A stretch of DNA of 64,000 nucleotides, taken from positions 96,001-160,000 of the forward strand of contig CAVYSE010000001.1 in assembly GCA_963771075.1 (NCBI GenBank), read 5' to 3'. Origin of the DNA: a candidate division FCPU426 bacterium. Lineage in GTDB: Bacteria; Oederibacteriota; Muellerivitia; Muellerivitales; Muellerivitaceae. Shown one piece after another: positions 54,892-64,000 of this stretch. Within the stretch, counting starts at the first letter, position 1. Each line of letters begins with the position of its first letter. The position numbers and the translations under genes were made by a program. Under the pieces are notes generated by a model. The model had not been told where the DNA came from and searched no databases. It saw nothing but the letters and a program-made list of their open reading frames with translations.

Positions 54892-57771
54892 ATGAAACGA
54901 GACGTGATCACTGTCCGGGGGGCCAGGGAGCATAACCTTAAAAACATCAGCGTGGAGATGCCTCGGGATCGTTTGGTCGTTCTGACCGGCGTATCCGGGT
55001 CAGGAAAATCTTCCCTGGCTTTTGATACGCTTTTTGCAGAAGGCCAGCGCCGTTATGTTGAATCCTTATCGGCTTACGCGCGACAGTTCCTGGGTTTGAT
55101 GGAAAAACCGGATGTGGACATGATCGAGGGTCTTTCCCCGGCCGTGGCGATCCAACAAAAAGCGGGGAGCAAGAATCCGCGTTCGACGGTGGCAACCACC
55201 ACTGAAATTTTTGATTACCTCAGGCTTCTTTTCGCCCGTATCGGAGTACCCCATTGCCCACAATGCGGAAGATCCATCAGCCGTCAAACGGTCCAGCAGA
55301 TCGTCGACCAGGTCATGTCCTTCCGGGCGGGAACCAAGTTGCATCTATTGGCTCCACTCATCTCGAGCAGGAAAGGCGAGTATAAAAAAATATTCGACCA
55401 GGTACGCAAGGATGGGTTTGTCCGAATTCGGGTGGACGGTGTCATCCGGGATTTGGAGGAGGAAATCCCGCTCGAGAAAAACAAAAAACACGATATCGAA
55501 GTCGTCATCGACCGTTTGGTGCTGAAAACGGAAATCAAAAAACGGCTGGCGGATTCACTGGAAACGGCCCTGAAAATGGGGGAAGGGGTCGTGAAAATAC
55601 TGGAAGGAACCGGCAAAGAGGAAAAAGAACACCTTTTTTCTGAGCGATACGCCTGTGTTCATTGCGGCCTCAGCGTGGAGGAACCCGCCCCTCGCAATTT
55701 TTCCTTTAATAACCCCCACGGCGCCTGCCCGGCCTGTACCGGCATGGGATATAAAATGGAAGCCGATGAAGACCTCGTGTTGGACCCGGAGTTATCCATT
55801 TCGGAAGGGGCCGTCGAACCCTACAGCTCTCCCAAGGCCCTTTATTATCAAAACCTATTGGAAGGGGTTTGCCAGCATTTTAAAGTTTCCCAAGACACCC
55901 CCTTTAAAAAGCTCCCTTCCCATATTCAAAAAGCCATACTTTTCGGTTGCGGAGAGGAAATCGAGTTCAGGATCCTAAAGGGGACTTACCGCCAAAAGTT
56001 TTCGGGGCCTTTTGAGGGGGTATTGCCCAACCTGGAACGACGCTACCATGAGACGGATTCGGAATCGATCCGGGAAGAAATCGAGAAATATTTGGTAAGC
56101 AAGGCCTGCCGGGCCTGCAAGGGAACCCGGTTAAAACCCGAAAGCCTGGCGGTGACCGTCCGGGACAGGAATATTGTCGATCTTACCCGTTTTTCCGTCC
56201 GCCAATCGCTTGCTTTTTTCGATTCCCTGATCCTGGATCCGCGGGAAGGGGCCATCGCGGGGCAGATCTTAAAAGAAATTCGCGGCAGGCTCGGCTTCTT
56301 AAAGAATGTCGGCCTGGATTATTTGACACTGGACCGTATGACCGCGTCACTGTCGGGGGGGGAAGCCCAGCGGATCCATTTGGCGACCCAAATTGGCAGT
56401 GCCCTGGTTGGGGTGCTTTACATCCTGGACGAACCCTCCATCGGGCTTCATCAAAGGGACAACGCCCGCCTCCTGGAAACGCTGACTCATTTGAGGGATA
56501 TCGGCAACACGGTCATCGTGGTGGAACATGATGAAGACACGATCGAGGCCGCGGATTACATCATTGACATGGGTGTGGGGGCGGGCGTGGAGGGGGGAGA
56601 AGTGGTCGGGGCGGGGCAATTAACCGAGATCCTGAAGAACCCCCGGTCCTTGACGGGGGCCTATTTATCAGGACGCCGATCCATCGTGCCTAATTTGGAT
56701 TTCTCGTTCGAGATCAAAAAACAGCTTTTATTAAAGGGGGCATCCAGGAACAATCTGCAAAACTTGACCATCACCTTCCCCCTGGGAGTGTTTTTGGCGA
56801 TCACGGGCGTTTCGGGTTCGGGGAAAAGCACGCTCATCATGGAGACGCTCTATCCCGCATTGATGCACCGCCTTTATGGGCTCCGCAAGAAACCGGAGGG
56901 CTACGAGTCGCTGGAAGGCGTCGAGAACGTGGATAAAGTGATCGAAATTGACCAGTCTCCCATTGGCCGCACACCCCGCTCGAATCCCGCGACCTATACG
57001 GGTTTATTCACCCACGCGAGGGATCTTTTTGCCCGCCTTCCCGAATCCAGGGCGCGGGGTTACAAGGAAGGCCGCTTCAGCTTCAACGTCAAGGGAGGCC
57101 GGTGCGAAGCCTGTGAAGGGGACGGCGTCCTGAAAATCGAAATGCATTTTCTCCCGGATGTCTATGTCCCCTGCGAGGTGTGCAAGGGCAAACGCTACAA
57201 CCGGGAAACCTTGGAAATTCAATACAAGGGCAAGAACATAGCGGAAGTGCTGCAAATGACCATTTTGGAAGCCCTGGAATTTTTTTCAGCCGTTCCGAAA
57301 ATAAAAAAAATCCTTGAAACTTTGAGGGATGTGGGCTTGGGTTACATCCACTTGGGCCAGCCCGCCACCACCCTCTCGGGTGGAGAGGCCCAGCGGGTGA
57401 AGTTGTCAACAGAGTTGGGAAAAAGGGCGACGGGCCGTACGCTCTATATCCTGGACGAACCCACTACCGGGCTTCATTTCGCGGATGTCGACCACCTCAT
57501 TCGGGTCCTTCGAAAACTCGTGGATGCCGGAAACACCGTCATCGTGATCGAACATAATTTGGATGTGATCAAGACCGCGGATCATATTATCGATCTCGGC
57601 CCGGAGGGAGGCGAGGATGGGGGCCGGGTTGTCGCTTCCGGAACGGTCCGCCAAGTGATGAACGAGCCCGAGTCCCATACCGGCAGATATCTGTCGGAAA
57701 AGGTCCGAAAGGACGAAAAACGGCTCCGAAACCCCGGAAAGGTCAGTGCGGAACGGGGAATTGCGCATTGA
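54892..57771 (+). CDS. uvrA: excinuclease ABC subunit A
   Basis: [24 protein letters not shown], two LSGGEAQR motifs, zinc fingers, [16 protein letters not shown]. Confidence 0.98.
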   Translation: MKRDVITVRGAREHNLKNISVEMPRDRLVVLTGVSGSGKSSLAFDTLFAEGQRRYVESLSAYARQFLGLMEKPDVDMIEGLSPAVAIQQKAGSKNPRSTVATTTEIFDYLRLLFARIGVPHCPQCGRSISRQTVQQIVDQVMSFRAGTKLHLLAPLISSRKGEYKKIFDQVRKDGFVRIRVDGVIRDLEEEIPLEKNKKHDIEVVIDRLVLKTEIKKRLADSLETALKMGEGVVKILEGTGKEEKEHLFSERYACVHCGLSVEEPAPRNFSFNNPHGACPACTGMGYKMEADEDLVLDPELSISEGAVEPYSSPKALYYQNLLEGVCQHFKVSQDTPFKKLPSHIQKAILFGCGEEIEFRILKGTYRQKFSGPFEGVLPNLERRYHETDSESIREEIEKYLVSKACRACKGTRLKPESLAVTVRDRNIVDLTRFSVRQSLAFFDSLILDPREGAIAGQILKEIRGRLGFLKNVGLDYLTLDRMTASLSGGEAQRIHLATQIGSALVGVLYILDEPSIGLHQRDNARLLETLTHLRDIGNTVIVVEHDEDTIEAADYIIDMGVGAGVEGGEVVGAGQLTEILKNPRSLTGAYLSGRRSIVPNLDFSFEIKKQLLLKGASRNNLQNLTITFPLGVFLAITGVSGSGKSTLIMETLYPALMHRLYGLRKKPEGYESLEGVENVDKVIEIDQSPIGRTPRSNPATYTGLFTHARDLFARLPESRARGYKEGRFSFNVKGGRCEACEGDGVLKIEMHFLPDVYVPCEVCKGKRYNRETLEIQYKGKNIAEVLQMTILEALEFFSAVPKIKKILETLRDVGLGYIHLGQPATTLSGGEAQRVKLSTELGKRATGRTLYILDEPTTGLHFADVDHLIRVLRKLVDAGNTVIVIEHNLDVIKTADHIIDLGPEGGEDGGRVVASGTVRQVMNEPESHTGRYLSEKVRKDEKRLRNPGKVSAERGIAH

Positions 57772-57825
57772 CGGGAATTTCCGTAAAAGGATATAATTTT
57801 TTATTAAATGAAGGAGTTCACATTC

Positions 57826-58818
57826 TTGAAAAGAAACATCGGCTTTTCCCCTTATTGCTTCTTCCTGTTATTTTTAGGGTTTTCTCGTTTAGCTTTGGCT
57901 CAAGGCGGGCCGGGAACGACCGGGGCGGTTGAATTAAAGATCCCAGTGGGCCCTAGGGCGATCGCCATGGGAGAGGCCTTTGTAGCGGTTGCCAATGACG
58001 CGAACGCCATCTACTGGAATCCCGCAGGCCTGATGCAATTGGGGGGGACCCACTTTACGGCTGAGTACGATCTTTTCATTGAAACGGTGCAATACAGTTA
58101 CCTGGCCCTGGGAACTAAATTGGGCAATGACAGCGCTTTTGGCATTGCAGCTAAAATCCTGGGAACGGGAAGTGATCCGGCCTTTGGACCGCTTCCGAGC
58201 AGCTGGCTCCCGGGAGAACCTCTTCCACCTCCAATTGCGGGCGAATCGGTTGGAGAAAACTATTTTGATGTGGATTTGGCAGGGGCGATGCGCCTGAGCT
58301 ATTACTTCGATATGGGTTTGGTGGTGAAATACATTTCAAAAAATCTCGCATCGGTGAGCAGCGCCTCCGATATCGCGTTTGATATTGGGTTGATGTATCG
58401 AACCCCGATCCCCCACTTGACGGCCGGTATGGATCTTCAAAATTTGAGTTTAAGTGGCATGAAATTCGATGTTTCCTCGGATCCCCTTCCGATCAATTTG
58501 AAGTTAGGGCTTGCCTACCGTCTTTTCGACGATAATTTTACGACCGCCCTTGACATGAATATTCCGAATGATAACGCCATTATGGTGAACCTGGGCGGGG
58601 AGTATTGGTATCAAGACACCCTGGCGGGTCGTTTCGGTTATGAATTCCAGGGGACGATCGATCAGAATGAAGTGGGAATCGGCGGTTTAGCGGGTATGTT
58701 TTTGGGTGCTGGCGTAAAGATTCCGGCTTTCAAGAACTACGTGGGCTTAGATTACGCCTGGACCAATCAAGGGATTTTGGGTGCCAACCACCATTTCGCC
58801 TTAAACTTTTATTTCTAA
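57826..58818 (+). CDS. second PorV/PorQ-family outer-membrane beta-barrel
   Basis: LKIPVGPRAIAMGEAFVAVANDANAIYWNPAGL, DPLP..LKLG.AY, GGEYWY, LDYAW, terminal F; upstream TTGACG-18-TATAAT; start may be 57808. Confidence 0.85.
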   Translation: MKRNIGFSPYCFFLLFLGFSRLALAQGGPGTTGAVELKIPVGPRAIAMGEAFVAVANDANAIYWNPAGLMQLGGTHFTAEYDLFIETVQYSYLALGTKLGNDSAFGIAAKILGTGSDPAFGPLPSSWLPGEPLPPPIAGESVGENYFDVDLAGAMRLSYYFDMGLVVKYISKNLASVSSASDIAFDIGLMYRTPIPHLTAGMDLQNLSLSGMKFDVSSDPLPINLKLGLAYRLFDDNFTTALDMNIPNDNAIMVNLGGEYWYQDTLAGRFGYEFQGTIDQNEVGIGGLAGMFLGAGVKIPAFKNYVGLDYAWTNQGILGANHHFALNFYF

Positions 58819-59005
58819 GCTTGACCCCCAGCTTCCGAAACGCAGTTTTAACACTAAAATTGCGTAACTTTTTTTGCTCCCCCATCGGGTCCAGGCCCAT
58901 CGGCGTCCTTTAGATCCGAAGGAAGAAATTTAAACCATACGGATAGATCGTTAATTTTCCCTACCTGGTTTATCATGGAAGGGCGGCCGTGGTGAAAGGC
59001 CTTCC

Positions 59006-59033
59006 TTGACAGTGGTTGTTCGTTTGTTAAAAT
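59006..59033 (+). promoter_or_regulatory. sigma70-type promoter for the CRP-family gene
   Basis: TTGACA, 16 bp, TAAAAT with an extended -10 TG. Confidence 0.55.
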
Positions 59034-59069
59034 TCCAACGATTTAGCCGACAAAGAAAAGGCGGATCCC

Positions 59070-59726
59070 ATGAGTACTGAACAGGAAATCTTTGAGCGTT
59101 GTGGACGTTCCTATAACCCCGGCGATATTATTTTTCGGGAGGGGGATGTCGGCAATGAGATGTTCATCATTCAATCCGGCAAGGTCAAGATTACGAAACA
59201 GTTGAAGGATGGCGTGGAGAAAACACTGGTCATCCTGGGAGCGGGCGATTTTTTTGGCGAAATGGCGGTCATTGACAAGGATGTCCGCTCCGCAAACGCC
59301 ATCTCGCTGGAAGCATCCCGCCTCATCGCGCTCGATGAGGAAGTCTTTGAAATGCACATGCAGACCAACCCGAAGATCGTCAAAAAGATCCTCAAAAACC
59401 TGACCTCGCGTCTGCGTGAGGCGAATCAACAGATCGCCAACTTGATGATCAAGGACGCCAACCGGCTCGTGGCGAATACCATCCTGCTGGTGGTCCACAA
59501 ACACGGGGAGGAAGGTCCCGGCGGGATTTCCTTGAACATCAACTTTACCGTTTCGGAATTAAGCAAAATGTGCGGCCTTGAACTGCCCAAAACCCGCGAG
59601 ATCGTCGATCGATTGCAAAAGGCAAGGGTCATCACGATGAACGGGGAAGCTATTCAAGTAACCAGCTTGGCAAGTTTAGAGCAATTCATCAAATTCTTAG
59701 AGATGAAAGAACAATTCGGGGAATAG
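59070..59726 (+). CDS. Crp/Fnr-family cyclic-nucleotide-binding regulator
   Basis: IFREGD.G.EMFIIQSGKV, GDFFGEMA, RSA; C-terminal HTH-like region. Confidence 0.9.
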   Translation: MSTEQEIFERCGRSYNPGDIIFREGDVGNEMFIIQSGKVKITKQLKDGVEKTLVILGAGDFFGEMAVIDKDVRSANAISLEASRLIALDEEVFEMHMQTNPKIVKKILKNLTSRLREANQQIANLMIKDANRLVANTILLVVHKHGEEGPGGISLNINFTVSELSKMCGLELPKTREIVDRLQKARVITMNGEAIQVTSLASLEQFIKFLEMKEQFGE

Positions 59727-59840
59727 GGTTTATCCTCCGTCCGTTCCCGCTTCCCATCCAGAAGTCTTGCATTAAGGTCCCTGCCAAGGTTTAATGCATT
59801 TCCGCCTGGCAGGCGGTTTATTCATTTCAAGCGAGAGCCT

Positions 59841-60815
59841 GTGGACCTTAAGCAATTAACCCATCCCATCCAAAAAGACCTGGATCGAGTCGAACAGGTC
59901 ATCGCGCAATCCCTCCAGACCGACAATATTTTCATTCAACAAATGGTGGACTATCTCGCCCGGACCGCCGGCAAAAGGGCGCGGCCCGCATTGGCCATCC
60001 TATCGGCGCGGTACTGCGGCCAGGTTCGGGAAGAAACCTTGGTTTTGGGCGCGGCGCTCGAAATGATTCATGTCGCGACCCTGGTCCACGATGACATCAT
60101 CGATAATTCAGCTATCCGCCGCAAACAAAAGACGCTTAATTTTAAATGGGGAAACGAGATCTCGGTCCTCATGGGCGATTATGTCTTCGCGTCTTCCTTC
60201 TATTTGATGGCGAAACACCTTCCCAAAAACGTCCTGGGAACCCTGGCGGACACGACCAACACCATTTGTCGCGGGGAGATTTCCGAAACATTTCACCGTT
60301 TTAACGTGGGGCTGACCCAGGAGCAGTATTTCCAGGTGGTCCGTGAGAAAACCGCTTGTCTTCTGGCGGCAAGTTGCCAGACTTCCGCGATGCTATTGGG
60401 CGCTGAGAAAGAAACGGTCGACAGCCTTTACCGGTTTGGAATGGGCGTCGGGATGGCTTTTCAGATCATCGATGACACTTTGGATTACGTCGGGAAGGCC
60501 TCCCGGGTGGGGAAACCTGTCATGAGCGACCTTCGGGAAGGCAAGCTGACCTTGCCGGTTTTGCACTGCATCGCCCGCGCGAATTCGGTCGAGAAAAAGC
60601 GGTTGAAAGCGGGTATCCTCAAGAAAATCAAAACGCCCGCAGATTTGGCCTTTTTAGGGAAACTTCTTAAAAAATATGACGCTGTTTCCTATTCGGTGGG
60701 GGTCGCCCGGAAATTCGCGGAGGATGCTAAAACAGCCTTGGTGGGACTCAATGGCCGGGGGGATAAATCGGAGCTGGTTCGTTTTGCGGATTTTCTCTTG
60801 GAAAGGGATTTCTGA
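59841..60815 (+). CDS. trans-polyprenyl diphosphate synthase (IspB/HepT-like)
   Basis: GKRARP, EMIH.ATLVHDDIID...RR, GD, KTA, FQIIDD.LD, GK...DLREGK.T. Confidence 0.92.
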   Translation: MDLKQLTHPIQKDLDRVEQVIAQSLQTDNIFIQQMVDYLARTAGKRARPALAILSARYCGQVREETLVLGAALEMIHVATLVHDDIIDNSAIRRKQKTLNFKWGNEISVLMGDYVFASSFYLMAKHLPKNVLGTLADTTNTICRGEISETFHRFNVGLTQEQYFQVVREKTACLLAASCQTSAMLLGAEKETVDSLYRFGMGVGMAFQIIDDTLDYVGKASRVGKPVMSDLREGKLTLPVLHCIARANSVEKKRLKAGILKKIKTPADLAFLGKLLKKYDAVSYSVGVARKFAEDAKTALVGLNGRGDKSELVRFADFLLERDF

Positions 60816-60905
60816 TATTCGACAATCGTTAAGCTTGATATTTCACGAAGACGAATGTATAGAATAGTTTGTTTGTTAGCCAATTGACCGATCGGGGGAG
60901 CGGTA

Positions 60906-61286
60906 ATGCTTGAGCAATATGGAAGCGTTTTGGTTTTTCTTTTGGCGGGAATATTCTTCATTTTGATGGCATTCATCACGGGCTGGGTCCTCAGCCCCAA
61001 CGGCCTACTCGGTCTCCAATACAAGTACAAAAAAGACATCTTGGTCGATACCTATGAGTGCGGAGTGGAAACCTACGGCACTTCCTGGATCCGTTTCAAC
61101 GTCAGTTTTTACCTCTACGCCCTCCTGTTCGTTATTTTCGACATTGAGACAGTTTTCCTCTATCCCTGGGCCATTTCCTTCCGCCGATTGGGAGTGATGG
61201 GGTTCGGTGAAATGATCCTTTTTATCGCCATCCTTTTGGTCGGTTTGGGTTATGCCTGGAAAAAGGAGGCCTTGAAATGGGATTAG
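60906..61286 (+). CDS. nuoA: NADH-quinone oxidoreductase subunit A
   Basis: [33 protein letters not shown]. Confidence 0.95.
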   Translation: MLEQYGSVLVFLLAGIFFILMAFITGWVLSPNGLLGLQYKYKKDILVDTYECGVETYGTSWIRFNVSFYLYALLFVIFDIETVFLYPWAISFRRLGVMGFGEMILFIAILLVGLGYAWKKEALKWD

Positions 61287-61819
61287 GCTTGAAAGGCGTT
61301 TCCCGTTCCGACATCCAGCTCATGGAATCCGAAAGCACGGTCCCCGGGCTTTGGACGCTGGAAAAGGCGACAAGTTTCATCTTCAAATGGGCCCGAAAGA
61401 ATTCCCTTTGGCCCCTCCAGTTTGGGACGGCCTGTTGCGCCATCGAGATGATGGCGACGGCCGGCGGCCGGTACGATCTGGCCCGCTTCGGCGCGGAAGT
61501 TTTCAGGCCCTCCCCCCGGCAGGCCGATCTTTTGATCGCGGCGGGGACCATCACGGAAAAAATGGGTTACGCGCTCAAGCGCCTTTATGAACAGATGCCC
61601 AAACCCAGTTGGGTGATTGCCATGGGAAGCTGCACCATCGCGGGCGGCCCCTATTACTATGATTCCTACACAGTGGTGAAGGGGATTGATTCCTTCATAC
61701 CGGTGGATGTTTATGTTCCGGGATGCCCCCCCCGTCCCGAGTCTTTGCTTCACGGATTGATGGCCATCCAGAAGAAAATCGACGATGAGCCGGTCTTTCG
61801 ACGCCGCCGGGAAGCCTAA
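61277..61819 (+). CDS. nuoB: NADH-quinone oxidoreductase subunit B
   Basis: [37 protein letters not shown]. Confidence 0.96.
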   Translation: MGLGLKGVSRSDIQLMESESTVPGLWTLEKATSFIFKWARKNSLWPLQFGTACCAIEMMATAGGRYDLARFGAEVFRPSPRQADLLIAAGTITEKMGYALKRLYEQMPKPSWVIAMGSCTIAGGPYYYDSYTVVKGIDSFIPVDVYVPGCPPRPESLLHGLMAIQKKIDDEPVFRRRREA

Positions 61820-61858
61820 GGGTTCTTGAATTTTTACGATCGCTAAGGATTATTTCTT

Positions 61859-62334
61859 ATGACGAATGATGAGCTCAAAACCAAGATCGAGACCCAATTC
61901 AAGGATTCCGCTCAATCGGTGGCACTCTCCACGCAAGGGGAAGTGATTTTGACGGTCAAGTCCGGAAACCTACCTCGCCGTCGCCCAAGCCCTGAAGGAA
62001 AATGGGGAATTCGCCTTTGACCACCTGTCGAGCCTCACCGCGGTCGATTATCCAAAAGAGAATAAGATCACGGTGGTTTCCCATCTTTGGTCTTACACGA
62101 AAAAGCACCAGATTGACCCTGAAGTTGGACGTTCCACGCGCGACCCCCCTGGCCCCCACCCTCGAAAACGTCTGGAAAAGCGCCAATTGGTTCGAGAGGG
62201 AAGTATTCGACCTCTATGGGGTGGTCTTCGAGAATCATACGGACCTGCGACGGATCATGATGCCGGACGATTACCTGAAGTACCCATTACGGAAGGATTT
62301 CTCCGATGACGGATTTATTGTTAAGCCGAATTAA
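61859..62334 (+). CDS. nuoC: NADH-quinone oxidoreductase subunit C (two apparent frameshifts)
   Basis: MTNDELK.../FDHLSSLTAVDY.../ANWFEREVFDLYGV.F..H.DLRRI.MPDD...YPLRKDF spread over three frames. Confidence 0.85.
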
Positions 62335-63448
62335 AGGGGACGTTTCCTCCTCCGGCACGGACGAGTATGTCGTCAACATGGGGCCCCAGCACCCGGCCAC
62401 CCACGGCGTTTTGCGGCTGATCGTCAAGCTCGACGGCGAAACGGTCAAGCAAACTACCCCGGTTCTCGGCTACCTGCACCGTTCCATCGAAAAAATATGC
62501 GAGAACCGCACCTATCCCCAATGCATCACGTACACGGACCGGGTCGATTATGTCTCGGCCATGACGGTCAACCTGGCCTTCGCTGTCGCCGCGGAAAAAC
62601 TCATGGGGATCCAGCCCCCTCCCCGGGCCCAGTGGCTTCGGATGATTTTCTGCGAGCTCCAGCGCATCGCCAGCCATCTGCTCTGGTTCGGCGCCTTTGC
62701 CGGGGATATCGGCGCCCTGACGCCCTTTTTGTACGGTTTAAGGGAAAGGGAACGCATCCTCGATCTTTTCGAAATGACCTGCGGCCAGCGCCTGACCTAT
62801 AACTACATCCGCATCGGCGGCGTCATGATCGACATCCTTCCCGAATTCGAGGCGAAGTGCCGGGCCTTCCTCGACTATTTCGAGCCCAAGATCGATGAGT
62901 ACGAGGATCTTTTGACTTACAATCCCATCTTCCTGGAACGCACCCGGGGCGTGGGCATCGTCACTCCCGGGATCGGGATCAATTGCGGGTTTTGCGGCCC
63001 TTCCCTTCGGGGGTCGGGGGTCTCCTGCGACGTGCGCAAACAACAGCCCTACCTGTTCTATGACCAGGTGAAGTTTAACGAGTGCCTGGAGTCGGCGGGG
63101 GATTGCTGGAGCCGCTACAAGGTCCGAATAAACGAGCTGCGGGAATGCGTTTCCATCATCCGCCAGTGCCTGGAGAGGCTGGAGCCCGGCCCCTTCGAGG
63201 CCAAGATGCCGCCGATCCTCAAGGCGCCCCCGGCCAGCGAGGCTTACGTGCGCACCGAATCCGCCCGGGGAGAGATGGGGGTCTACTTGGTGGGGGACGG
63301 AACCCCCAAACCCTGGAAAGCGAAATTCCGTTGCGCCTCCTTTAGCAACCTGTATCTTCTCGACCAGTTGACGAGGGGCTGGAAAGTGGCCGATATCATG
63401 GCGGTGCTCGGAAGCTTCGACCTGATCGTGCCGGAAGTGGACCGCTAG
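62306..63448 (+). CDS. nuoD: NADH-quinone oxidoreductase subunit D (start uncertain)
   Basis: NMGPQHPATHGVLRL, GYLHR..EK, DRVDY, ELQRIASHL, ESARGE, EVDR. Confidence 0.96.
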   Translation: MTDLLLSRIKGDVSSSGTDEYVVNMGPQHPATHGVLRLIVKLDGETVKQTTPVLGYLHRSIEKICENRTYPQCITYTDRVDYVSAMTVNLAFAVAAEKLMGIQPPPRAQWLRMIFCELQRIASHLLWFGAFAGDIGALTPFLYGLRERERILDLFEMTCGQRLTYNYIRIGGVMIDILPEFEAKCRAFLDYFEPKIDEYEDLLTYNPIFLERTRGVGIVTPGIGINCGFCGPSLRGSGVSCDVRKQQPYLFYDQVKFNECLESAGDCWSRYKVRINELRECVSIIRQCLERLEPGPFEAKMPPILKAPPASEAYVRTESARGEMGVYLVGDGTPKPWKAKFRCASFSNLYLLDQLTRGWKVADIMAVLGSFDLIVPEVDR

Positions 63449-63471
63449 ACCTTGAAAGGAACGGCCAAACG

Positions 63472-64000
63472 ATGAATTTGTTCTCCAACCTGATCGCCCG
63501 GATCGAGGACATCCTCCATTGGGTTTACATCTACCTGGGGGTGGCCCCCCTGCAGGGCATTCTAGACAATGGGGTGATCGTGGTGGCCATGTTCGGCGCC
63601 ACTGCCGTTTTCGTCATGTTCCTGGTCTGGATGGAACGCAAGGTTTCCGCCCGCATGCAAAGCCGCATCGGACCCAACCGGGTGGGCCCGCTGGGTCTGC
63701 TTCAAACGCTCGCCGATGCGATCAAGTTGACGGCCAAGGAGGATGTCAAACCCGTGAACCGGGACAAGGTCCCCTATTTCATCGCCCCCATCGTGGCCTT
63801 CGTGGCGACGTTCATGGGCTTGGTGGTCATTCCCTTTGACAAGGGCGTGGTGGTCCAGGACCTGAACGTGGGCCTCCTCTATATCGTCGCCATCACCAGC
63901 TTCACCGTCATCGCCATCCTGACTGCGGGGTGGAGCTCCAACAACCGGTTCGCCCTCCTGGGGGGGTTCCGTTCCGCCGCCCAGATCGTCAGTTATGAGG
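63472..64000 (+). CDS. nuoH: NADH-quinone oxidoreductase subunit H (partial, runs off the window)
   Basis: ERKVSARMQSRIGPNRVGPLGLLQTLADAIKL..KED...GWSSNN.FALLGG.RSAAQIVSYE. Confidence 0.95.
   Translation, partial: MNLFSNLIARIEDILHWVYIYLGVAPLQGILDNGVIVVAMFGATAVFVMFLVWMERKVSARMQSRIGPNRVGPLGLLQTLADAIKLTAKEDVKPVNRDKVPYFIAPIVAFVATFMGLVVIPFDKGVVVQDLNVGLLYIVAITSFTVIAILTAGWSSNNRFALLGGFRSAAQIVSYE

Overview
Chromosomal window from a diderm bacterium. The combination of LptF/LptD, PorV-like barrels and Thr-Pro-rich secreted proteins tentatively suggests an uncultured candidate lineage such as FCPU426; this is not verified. In order, it contains: the tail of a probable radical SAM gene; a complete rrn operon (16S, tRNA-Ile, tRNA-Ala, 23S, 5S); a DUF2723/TMEM260-like GT-C gene; korAB; a ~3 kb accessory segment bracketed by a 33-bp direct repeat, holding an ORF6N gene between two copies of a duplicated gene fragment; a ~5.4 kb secreted CBM3/Thr-Pro/beta-sandwich gene with three 735-bp tandem repeats and a T9SS/FlgD-like C-terminal domain, followed by an orphan second CTD; a 13-codon Lys-rich microgene; PilZ, nitronate monooxygenase-family and rhodanese genes; a FecR + FecR-barrel + Thr-rich LRR lipoprotein operon; a repeat-flanked higBA module; a ~15 kb Chloroflexi/archaeal-type membrane glycosylation locus (GT2, GT39-DUF2298 fusion, DUF2298, two NHL proteins, polyprenol-P-mannose synthase, TIGR03663/Agl23); PorV-like, Pro-rich, lptF, lptD, uvrA and a second PorV-like gene; a CRP-family gene; a polyprenyl synthase; and nuoABCD-H. 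Many frameshifts, including in lptD and nuoC, point to uncorrected long-read indel errors. The best candidates for undescribed biology are (i) a non-Bacteroidota T9SS-like CTD/PorV export route coupled to GT-C O-glycosylation of mucin-like surface proteins, (ii) the FecR/barrel/lipoprotein module, and (iii) a dispersed TCTGACCC(C/T)GTTTAC junction motif associated with direct-repeat-flanked cassettes. All family assignments come from motif recognition by eye, not from database searches.
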